A DNA stretch of 64,000 nucleotides, taken from the NCBI GenBank assembly GCA_963716255.1, contig OY970303.1:3808001-3872000 (forward strand). The letters are read 5' to 3'. Below the pieces are notes generated by a model. That model saw only the letters and a program-made list of their open reading frames with translations. It was not told the origin of the DNA and did not search any database. Every line of letters starts with the position of its first letter. Position 1 is the first letter of the stretch. Source of the stretch: an uncultured Gemmatimonadales bacterium. GTDB taxonomy: Bacteria > Gemmatimonadota > Gemmatimonadetes > Longimicrobiales > Longimicrobiaceae. This document shows positions 56,698-64,000 of this stretch, piece by piece. The translations under genes were made by a program, and so were the position numbers.

Positions 56698-58257
56698 TCA
56701 GCGGGGGGAGCGCACCGTCCCCGTGCGGACGGGGACGGTGCGCTCCCGCTGGTCGATCGGAATTCCCAGCAGCCTGGGCTCGCCGAGCACCCGCGGCTCC
56801 GGCGTGGCCACGTCCCGCGCAGGCAGAGTGGCGGCGGGCCGGGCGGACACGCGGGGCGCCGTCCCCCCGGCATCCGTGGGGGGACGCCGTCGCCGCACCG
56901 ACGCATCCGCCACCCCGCCGCCGCGGCGGCGGGCCGTCTCCGCCGCGGCGGGGCGCGGGGCCGCCCCGGCCCGTGCGCTGTCGGGTGCGGAGCGCTGGGG
57001 CGCGGCGTCCGCGGCGGTGCGCTCGGCGGGAAGCTCGGGCGCGGGGAGCTCCGGCGCGGGAGCAGGGGGCGTCGCGGCGGCCGGCGCCTGCACGGCCGGG
57101 GCGGCCGGCCGGGTGGGCTCCGCGGTGGCGGCGGCGGACGGCGCGAAGGTGACGAACGGGTCGCCCTCGCCCATGGTGGCGAAGAGCGCAGCGGTGGCGG
57201 TGAGCCCGCCCAGGGTGAGGGCCGCGGCCGTGGCCAGGACTGCGGTGCGCCGGCGGCGGGCGTGGGTGCGCTGCTCCACCCCCGCGGCGGTCGCCCGCCA
57301 CACCTCGTCCACCTGCGCCCCCGGGCGGAACGCCGTGGTGAGGGCGTCCTCCTCCGCGGGCGCCGGGAGGGCGGGGACCGGCGCGACGGCCGCGGGCCCG
57401 TCCGCCGGGGCGGACGCCACGGGCCCGGGCCCGCCCAGCTGCTGGAGGAACGCGTCCGCGCCGGGCCAGCGGAGCGCCCGGTCCTTGAGCAGCGCGCGCT
57501 CCACCGCCACGCGCAGGTGCTCGGGGATGCCGGGGCGGAGCTGCTCCAGGAGCGGAAGGTACTCGTGCTTCTGCTTGTAGATGACGGTGTAGAGGGTCTC
57601 TCCCCCCCACGGCCGCTTCCCGGTCAGCATCTCCCACCCCACCAGCCCCAGGCTGTACAGGTCGCTCTGGCCATTGAGCCATGCCCCGTCGATCTGCTCC
57701 GGCGACATGTAGGTGGGCGTCCCCAGCACCACCCCCGTAAGGGTCAGGCCGGAGTCTCCGTCCACCGGCTTCGCGATCCCGAAGTCGGCCAGGAAGGCAT
57801 GGGCGCCGTCCGGATCCACGTAGACGTTCTCCGGCTTCACGTCGCGGTGCACGATCCCGCGCCGGTGCAGGTAGGCCAGAGCGTCCGCCACGTCGCGCAG
57901 CACCTGCTCGGCGCGCGCGAACGGGAGCGGGCCCTCGCGGCGGATCAGCTCGCGGAGCGTGGGCCCCTCCATGTGCTGCATCACCAGCGCCACGCGACCG
58001 TCGGCCAGCCGCCGCGCGGCGTGCACCGGGACGATGCAGGGGTGCTGGAGCTGCGCCAGGAGCCGGGCCTCGCGGCGGAAGCGGTCGAGCGCCTCGGCGT
58101 CGCCCAGGTAGCGGTCGTCGATCACCTTGATGGCGACGGTGCGCCCCAGCATGCGGTCGCGGGCCAGGTACACGACGGAAACGCCCCCGCGGCCCAGGGG
58201 GCGGAGGATCTCGAACTCGGGTCCGAACTCATCCCGGATGCCCGCGATATCGTGCAT
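56698..58257 (-). CDS. Hanks-type Ser/Thr protein kinase with TM segment
   Basis: LGRGG, VAIK, HRDVKPEN, DFGIA, GTPTYMSPEQ, SDLYSLG. Confidence 0.95.
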   Translation of the reverse strand: MHDIAGIRDEFGPEFEILRPLGRGGVSVVYLARDRMLGRTVAIKVIDDRYLGDAEALDRFRREARLLAQLQHPCIVPVHAARRLADGRVALVMQHMEGPTLRELIRREGPLPFARAEQVLRDVADALAYLHRRGIVHRDVKPENVYVDPDGAHAFLADFGIAKPVDGDSGLTLTGVVLGTPTYMSPEQIDGAWLNGQSDLYSLGLVGWEMLTGKRPWGGETLYTVIYKQKHEYLPLLEQLRPGIPEHLRVAVERALLKDRALRWPGADAFLQQLGGPGPVASAPADGPAAVAPVPALPAPAEEDALTTAFRPGAQVDEVWRATAAGVEQRTHARRRRTAVLATAAALTLGGLTATAALFATMGEGDPFVTFAPSAAATAEPTRPAAPAVQAPAAATPPAPAPELPAPELPAERTAADAAPQRSAPDSARAGAAPRPAAAETARRRGGGVADASVRRRRPPTDAGGTAPRVSARPAATLPARDVATPEPRVLGEPRLLGIPIDQRERTVPVRTGTVRSPR

Positions 58258-58319
58258 GGCTCCTGTCGACGAACGGAGTGGGTCCTGCTCCGCCGGACGG
58301 CTCCGGCCGTCCGCGCGGG

Positions 58320-59240
58320 TCAGAAGGAGGAGAGGAAGTACGCCAGCCACACGATCAGGGCAGCGCAGCACACGGCGAAGAGCAGCCCCTCGCGGGGGAC
58401 CGGGAGCCGCCGCCTGTGCCGCCGCGGGGCGCGCCGGGCCGCGGGCGGGGCGGCCCGCGGCAGCGGAGCGTCCGGCGGCTGGAACCTCGAAGGAGGCGCC
58501 GGGGACTCGGCTTCCGCCCGCAGCAGCAGCCCGAAGTCGCGCACCGCGGCGGTGACGTTGTCGCGGCTGCCGCCGCGCAGGGCGAGCGCGGATAGCCGCT
58601 CCGCCGCGGCGGCGGAGTCTTCCGAGGCCACCACGCACGCGAGGATCTCCTCCTCCCGCACCACTCCGTGCAGCCCGTCGCTGCACAGCAGCACCGCGTG
58701 CGGAGCGTCCGCCGCGAACGGGCCGAAAACGTCCGCCACGACCTCCGCGCCCCCGGTGCCGAGCGCACGGGTGAGGGAATTCTTCCAGGGGGAGCGCGCC
58801 ACCTCCTCCTCGGTCATCTGTCCCGAGCGCACGGCCTCCTCCGCGAAGGAGTGGTCCCGCGTCACCCGCTCGATCCCCCCCGCCGAGACCCGGTAGGCGC
58901 GGCTGTCCCCCACGTTGGCGATCCAGTAGCGGTGCCCCGAGCGCAGCAGCGCCACCAGCGTCGTCCCCATCCCGTCCAGCGAGCGGTCGCGCCCGGCGGC
59001 GGAGCGGATGGCCAGGTCTGCGGCGCGGAAGCCGTCCTCCAGCCCGGCGCCCCCGCCGAGCGCGTCCAGCAGCGCCGAGAGCGCGGTGGCGCTGGCGACC
59101 TCGCCCGCGGCGTGGCCGCCCATGCCGTCGGCGACGGCCACCACCTCGCGCCCGTCGGGGAGGGTCGTGGCGACCACGGCGTCCTGATTGGAGGGGCGCC
59201 GCCCGCGGTCGGTGGCGTACCCCGTGGCGAGAGCGCTCAC
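58320..59240 (-). CDS. PP2C-family Ser/Thr phosphatase with C-terminal TM
   Basis: RPSNQD, VADGMGGH, MGTT, NVGDSRAY, LCSDGL, DNVT; GTGA overlap with the FHA gene. Confidence 0.95.
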   Translation of the reverse strand: MSALATGYATDRGRRPSNQDAVVATTLPDGREVVAVADGMGGHAAGEVASATALSALLDALGGGAGLEDGFRAADLAIRSAAGRDRSLDGMGTTLVALLRSGHRYWIANVGDSRAYRVSAGGIERVTRDHSFAEEAVRSGQMTEEEVARSPWKNSLTRALGTGGAEVVADVFGPFAADAPHAVLLCSDGLHGVVREEEILACVVASEDSAAAAERLSALALRGGSRDNVTAAVRDFGLLLRAEAESPAPPSRFQPPDAPLPRAAPPAARRAPRRHRRRLPVPREGLLFAVCCAALIVWLAYFLSSF

Positions 59241-60199
59241 CGCGCGGGCCCCCGGAAGCGGAGCACCACCTCGCCCACCTCGATGCGGTCGCCGTCGGCG
59301 AGGGCGGGGCTCTCCTCGGCCACGTCCAGCTCGCGCCCGTTCACGCGCAGGGGGTTGGTGCTCGACAGGTTGCGGATGGTCCACGCGCCGTCGGCGAAGC
59401 GCATGCGCGCATGCTGCCGGCTCACCGTGGGCACCGGGAGCTGTACGTGGCTGGTGGGCGGCCCGCCGGCGCGCCCGATGGTGTACTCCGTGACGGCCCC
59501 GGCCGCGCGCAGGAAGCGGATCTCCCGCTGCCGGTCGGTCCCGTCCACCACCTCCAGCGCGCCCGGGAGGAACTGGAGCCGCCCCTCCCCCGGCACCTCC
59601 AGCCGCACAGTCAGCTCGTCCTCCAGCTCCGCCGGGGCCGCAGGGGCCGCGGCCGGCGCGAAGTGGGGTACCAGGATGCGGTCCGGAGCCGGCGCGGAGG
59701 GCGGCGGCGCGGCCGGCCGGGGCGGGGGCGTGTGAGCCGCCACGGCGCGCGGCGCCGCCGGGGCGCGCAGCGGCAGCTCGGGCGGCGGGTTCACCGGCGG
59801 CGCGAACACCAGCAGCGGCTCTTCCATGGGGGGCTCGCGGTCGCGGCGCAGGTGCAGCACCAGCCCCGCTCCGGCCACGGCCAGCGCCACGCCACCCAGG
59901 ACCAGCCCGTACACCCAGGGTCCGGCCCCGTCGCGGGGACCCGCCTCCGGCATGGGCTCGGCGGCCAGGGCGCTCTCCAGCGCCGGGGTGCCCACGGGCG
60001 TCGGCTGCGGCTCCACGGGGGACGGAGCCGGGACCCGCGCCGTGTCCTGCGCCGCCGACGGGAGCGGGGCGCCAGCCGCCAGGGCGAGGAGGAGCTGCGC
60101 GAGCGTCCGCCACGCGGCCGGGCGGGCGGCGCGGAGGTGCGCGGAAGCGGGCCCCGCGCCCCGGCGGCGCCGGGAGGGGGAGAGGTGCATGGGTGCCAC
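59237..60199 (-). CDS. membrane-anchored FHA-domain protein
   Basis: Signal/TM segments, Pro-rich linker, TIGR...VSRQHA...STNP..VNG...LADGDRIEVG. Confidence 0.88.
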   Translation of the reverse strand: MAPMHLSPSRRRRGAGPASAHLRAARPAAWRTLAQLLLALAAGAPLPSAAQDTARVPAPSPVEPQPTPVGTPALESALAAEPMPEAGPRDGAGPWVYGLVLGGVALAVAGAGLVLHLRRDREPPMEEPLLVFAPPVNPPPELPLRAPAAPRAVAAHTPPPRPAAPPPSAPAPDRILVPHFAPAAAPAAPAELEDELTVRLEVPGEGRLQFLPGALEVVDGTDRQREIRFLRAAGAVTEYTIGRAGGPPTSHVQLPVPTVSRQHARMRFADGAWTIRNLSSTNPLRVNGRELDVAEESPALADGDRIEVGEVVLRFRGPAR

Positions 60200-60277
60200 G
60201 TGCCCGGGATGTGGGGAGCCGCGGTCGCCGGAGAGCAGGAGGTGCCCGACGCGGCCGCACGGCGCGGACGGAAGGGC

Positions 60278-60293
60278 AGCACAGCGTGTGCCG
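60278..60293 (-). promoter_or_regulatory. candidate sigma-54 promoter (FHA-PP2C-kinase operon)
   Basis: CGGCACA-CGCT-GTGCT. Confidence 0.62.
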
Positions 60294-60408
60294 CCCGCGG
60301 GCGTGCGACGGGGACGACCCGGCCCCGCAATCTCGCAGGAATGCGCGAGTTAGGCCACCCCGGGCCGACCAGGAGGGAGCGCGGGCAGGTCGAGGCTGCG
60401 CCCACAGT

Positions 60409-60426
60409 TGTGGACTGCGTGCAACA
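60409..60426. promoter_or_regulatory. 18-bp palindrome, candidate UAS
   Basis: TGTGG-actgcgtg-CAACA. Confidence 0.65.
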
Positions 60427-60571
60427 CTCGCGCGCCGCCGCCGATTGCAGCGGCCGGCCCCGGGGAGTATGATAAGCACCCCGTCGCGGCCGCGCGAGCC
60501 TGCTCTGCCCACCCCGGGCCGCGGCGCCGGCCCCACCCGCCCAGCGGCGCTCAGATGAGACAAGGACGCCG

Positions 60572-61780
60572 GTGATCGTCGCGGACCGGCCCGGGGACCC
60601 CGGGCGCTCCCTCGCCGACGCGGTGCGGCTCGCCACCGAAGCGCCCGACGCCGAGCTCGCGCTGGACGGCATCCTCCAGGTCGCCGTCGCCTCTGCCCGG
60701 GCGCTCGCGGGCGCCCTGGTGGAAGCGGGGGAGCCGCGCGCGCGGGCGCTGCGCGGCTGGAGCCCGGAGCGCTTCGCCTCGCTGCTCGCCCCCGGCGCCC
60801 CCGTGGCGGAGGCGCTGGCGCGGCGCGAGGAGTGGATCGACCGTCCCCTGCTCGTTCCCGCGGGCGCCATCCCGGCCCCCGGCCCGGGCGGCCGTCCCGC
60901 CGCGCTCCTCGTGCTCCCGCTGCAGGTGCGCGCGCTCGCCGCCGGGGCGATGGTGCTCGCCGTTCCCGACGGCGCCCGGGAGGACGCGTGGGAGACCGCG
61001 CGGGGGTGCGCCGGGGTGGCCGCGCTGGTGCTGGAGCACGACCGCGCCTTCGAGGAGGCGCGCCTCGCCCGGCAGATGCGCGACCACTTCCTCACCGCTC
61101 TCAACCACGAGATCCGCACCCCCGCCCTGGCGCTCACCCTCAACGCCGACGTGCTGCGGAGCTACGACACCGCGACCCTCCCCCCGCACATCGCCAAGGT
61201 GATCGCCTCCACCCACACCGCGGTCACCACCGTGGTGCAGGTGCTGGAGGGAGTGCTCCAGCTGGGCGAGCGCGAGGCCGCCGACTCCGGTGCCGAGCTC
61301 GTGCACCCGCGCGAGGCCGTGCTCCAGCTCCTCCGCCGCGTGGAGCCCGCCGCCGACCGCAAGCACCTCCCCATCTCCCTGCGCGCCCAGCGCGACCTCC
61401 CGCCGCTCCAGACCGACCCGGTGCGCTTCTCCAAGATCCTGCTGCACCTGCTCTCCAACGCCATCAAGTACACCTCCGAAGGAGGGATCGAGGTGCGCGT
61501 AGAGCAGACCGCGCGCTGGAGCGCCGGGCGGCGGCGGCCGTTCCTGGCGGTGCGGGTGGTGGACAGCGGCCGCGGCATCGCGCGCGACCTCCTGGAGCAG
61601 ATGATGGAGCCCTTCACCCAGGTGGGCGACAGCGCCCGCACCGACTCGCACGTGCGCGGCGTGGGGCTGGGCCTGGCGCTGTCGCGGCGGCTGGCGCGGT
61701 CGCTGGGGGGCGACCTGCTCGTGGAAAGCGAGCCGGGCCGCGGGACCAGTGCGTCGCTGTTCCTTCCCTATCACCGGTAG
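60572..61780 (+). CDS. GAF-like sensor histidine kinase
   Basis: LNHEIRTP, LLSNAIKYT, DSGRGI, GVGLGL. Confidence 0.9.
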   Translation: MIVADRPGDPGRSLADAVRLATEAPDAELALDGILQVAVASARALAGALVEAGEPRARALRGWSPERFASLLAPGAPVAEALARREEWIDRPLLVPAGAIPAPGPGGRPAALLVLPLQVRALAAGAMVLAVPDGAREDAWETARGCAGVAALVLEHDRAFEEARLARQMRDHFLTALNHEIRTPALALTLNADVLRSYDTATLPPHIAKVIASTHTAVTTVVQVLEGVLQLGEREAADSGAELVHPREAVLQLLRRVEPAADRKHLPISLRAQRDLPPLQTDPVRFSKILLHLLSNAIKYTSEGGIEVRVEQTARWSAGRRRPFLAVRVVDSGRGIARDLLEQMMEPFTQVGDSARTDSHVRGVGLGLALSRRLARSLGGDLLVESEPGRGTSASLFLPYHR

Positions 61781-61806
61781 TCGGAACGGCTTTCGACGGC
61801 GGGGTC

Positions 61807-61934
61807 GGGCGTGCCCCCGGCTGGCGCCGGGGTCGGGCTTCGGCTCCGTAACGCACGATAAAACCGTGCGTAACGGAGTCGAGCCCCGGCAAACTGCGCC
61901 GGGTCTCGCCCCTTCGGGCCGGAATCCCTCACGC
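61807..61934 (+). repeat. structured dispersed element, copy 6
   Basis: Variable stem acgcacg/ataaaac/cgtgcgt; about 27 nt after the stop codon. Confidence 0.95.
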
Positions 61935-62249
61935 GGGCTCGCGCTGGCGTCTGCAGGAGCCCCCTCCCCCCGGTCCCTCCCCGGCGGAACGTCCGGCGGC
62001 GGCGTGGCCCGGCTGGGCGGCCGAGCCGCACCCTTAGCAGGCCGGAACGTCCCAATTTGGTGCAGACCTCCCAAATTAGTGCAACGCAACGCGGCGGGAG
62101 ATATCCGCCGCGTTCGGGCCAATGAAATGCCGTGCAGGCGTTTGCAGCGGTTGTCGGCGGCTGGCCCTCGCGGGCCTCGCGTGTGCACGCCCTGGCGCCA
62201 CCCCACCACAGTCGTGCCCTGGGGGAACCCGTGTCCTGGATGGATGCTT

Positions 62250-63803
62250 ATGCGAAACGCGCGTACCCTGGCAGTGGCCCTCGGCGCCGCAGCGGTGCTG
62301 GCCGCCTGCGACACCCCAACCCGATCGGCGGCGCCCGAGCCGCCGCCCGCCACCGCTTCGCGGCTGGACCCCATGTTCGCACGCGCCGCAAGCGAGTTCG
62401 GGGTCCCGGCGGACCTGCTCAAGGCGGTCGCCTTCACCGAAACCAGCTGGCAGTTCGCCCGCGGCGACGACGGCGACATGGAAGGGCTGGCGCCCGCGTA
62501 CGGCATCTTCGCGCTGCGCGGTGAGCGCCTGGAGCGGGGCGCCCGGCTGGCCGGGGTGAGCGTGGAGGCGGCCAGGACCGACGCCGAAGCCAGCATCCGC
62601 GCCGGCGCGGCGCTGCTGCGCTACGAGGGCGAGGCGCTGCGCGTGGCCGGGCCCGACCTGGGCGCCTGGGCACCGGCGGTGGCGCGCTTCAGCGGCATCC
62701 AGAACGACCAGGCCACGGCGGGCTACGTGCACAACGGCGTGTACCGCGCGCTGCGCGAGGGCGTGAGCGATGCGCCCGAGCAGGCGACGCTCGCGGCCCA
62801 CCCCGGCGTGGTGGCCACGACCGCGCGCCCCACGAGCGCCACCGCCTTCACCGCCGAGTACGCCCCGGCCATCTGGACCCCGTCCCCCAACTACGCCGCC
62901 GGCCGCTCCGGGTACTCCATCGCCCTGGTGGTGATCCACACCTGCGCCGGCAACTACAGCGGCTGCTGGAGCTGGCTCACCAACTCCGCGTCCGGCGTGT
63001 CGGCGCACTACGTGGTGGGCCAGACGGACATCGGCGGCGGCGTGACCGAGGTGCGCCAGCTGGTGGACGAGGACAACACCGCCTGGCACGTGGGCAAGAC
63101 CTGGCAGGGCTACCCCACCAACCCGCGCTCCGTTGGCATCGAGCACGGCGGCTTCTCGTACGGCAGCAACGGCTACGGCCCGTGGCCCGCGGTGCAGTAC
63201 AACACCTCCGCCGCGCTGACCTGCGACATCGTCAAGAGCCGTGGCATCATCCGCGACCGCGACCACATCATCGGCCACTACCAGCCGGACCCGGTGAACC
63301 GCGCGCACGACCCGGGGCAGGGCTTCCCCTGGGCGGACTACATGAGCAGGATCAACAGCTGCGTGGGCGGCGGCACCGGCGGAACGGCCATCACCGTGGA
63401 CAGCCACGCCGGGACCGGCGGCACCACGGCCCGCTTCTCCGCCTCGGCCAACTGGATCTCGTCCAGCGGCACGGCCGGCTACTACGGCTCGGGCTACTAC
63501 TACGCGAGCACCGCCGCGGTGAGCGACGCCGCCAATTTCGAGTTCTACCTGCCGGCCGCCGCCACCAAGGCGGTGTCCGCCTGGTGGACCTCCGGCACCA
63601 ACCGCTCGGCCACCGCGCCGTTCATCATGTACAACGCCGGCGGCACGGAGGTAGGGCGGCGCTCGGTGAACCAGCAGACGGGGGGCGGCGCCTGGCAGTC
63701 GCTGGGCAGCTACAGCTTCTCGGCCGGCTGGAACCGGGTCTCGCTTTCCCGGTGGACGACCACGGGGTACGTGGTGATCGCGGACGCGGTCAAGGTCGAG
63801 TAG
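62250..63803 (+). CDS. lipoprotein N-acetylmuramoyl-L-alanine amidase (Amidase_2) with lysozyme-like N-terminal region and golvesin/CBM-like C-terminal domain
   Basis: Lipobox LAAC; AASEFGVPADLLKAVAFTET; VVIHT, SAHYVV, AWHVG, SVGIEH, IIGH, DPG; VNQQTGGGAW...VIADAVK. Confidence 0.88.
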   Translation: MRNARTLAVALGAAAVLAACDTPTRSAAPEPPPATASRLDPMFARAASEFGVPADLLKAVAFTETSWQFARGDDGDMEGLAPAYGIFALRGERLERGARLAGVSVEAARTDAEASIRAGAALLRYEGEALRVAGPDLGAWAPAVARFSGIQNDQATAGYVHNGVYRALREGVSDAPEQATLAAHPGVVATTARPTSATAFTAEYAPAIWTPSPNYAAGRSGYSIALVVIHTCAGNYSGCWSWLTNSASGVSAHYVVGQTDIGGGVTEVRQLVDEDNTAWHVGKTWQGYPTNPRSVGIEHGGFSYGSNGYGPWPAVQYNTSAALTCDIVKSRGIIRDRDHIIGHYQPDPVNRAHDPGQGFPWADYMSRINSCVGGGTGGTAITVDSHAGTGGTTARFSASANWISSSGTAGYYGSGYYYASTAAVSDAANFEFYLPAAATKAVSAWWTSGTNRSATAPFIMYNAGGTEVGRRSVNQQTGGGAWQSLGSYSFSAGWNRVSLSRWTTTGYVVIADAVKVE

Positions 63804-64000
63804 GAAGGCAGGTGGAGGAAGTGCGGCCGGCCCGGACGGTCCGGGCCGGCCGCGCCGTACCCGGTGCAATCGATCCCCTTTCGAGCTTCAATGCCCAACC
63901 GCTTCCGAGCCCTCCCGTTGTGTGTGCTGGCGCTGGGGGTGGCGGGGTGCCGTGCGGACGCGGACCCCGTCCCCGGCCGTCCCGCAGCACCTCCCCCGGC

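Overview
Very GC-rich bacterial DNA; gene style suggests Gemmatimonadota (Longimicrobium-like), which is an inference only. About 1.7-54.6 kb is one large exosortase/PEP-CTERM-linked Wzx/Wzy exopolysaccharide locus. It contains nucleotide-sugar enzymes, wzb/wzc/wza-like genes, a flippase, a ligase/polymerase, about 8 glycosyltransferases, modifying enzymes, an exosortase-EpsI-PEP-CTERM operon and a sigma-54 activator. Signalling genes follow (GAF/HisKA, receiver, FHA-PP2C-Ser/Thr kinase, histidine kinase) and then an amidase. Several layers are not explained by the genes. (1) Two GEMM/c-di-GMP-I-class riboswitch aptamers, both with A at the Vc2-G20 position (the change linked to 3',3'-cGAMP sensing), lead two Ig-repeat lipoproteins. 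(2) Those two genes and a third share a near-identical ~265-aa lyase-like C-terminal domain with mosaic DNA. (3) A ~128-nt dispersed structured element occurs as 6 full and 2 partial copies, with compensatory stem changes and conserved loops. (4) An 18-bp TGTKG-N8-CMACA palindrome recurs 60-150 bp upstream of sigma-54 -24/-12 promoters, outlining a regulon that includes the FHA/PP2C/kinase operon. (5) The histidine kinase next to the activator is split at a G6 tract. All family calls come from motifs read by eye, not from database searches.
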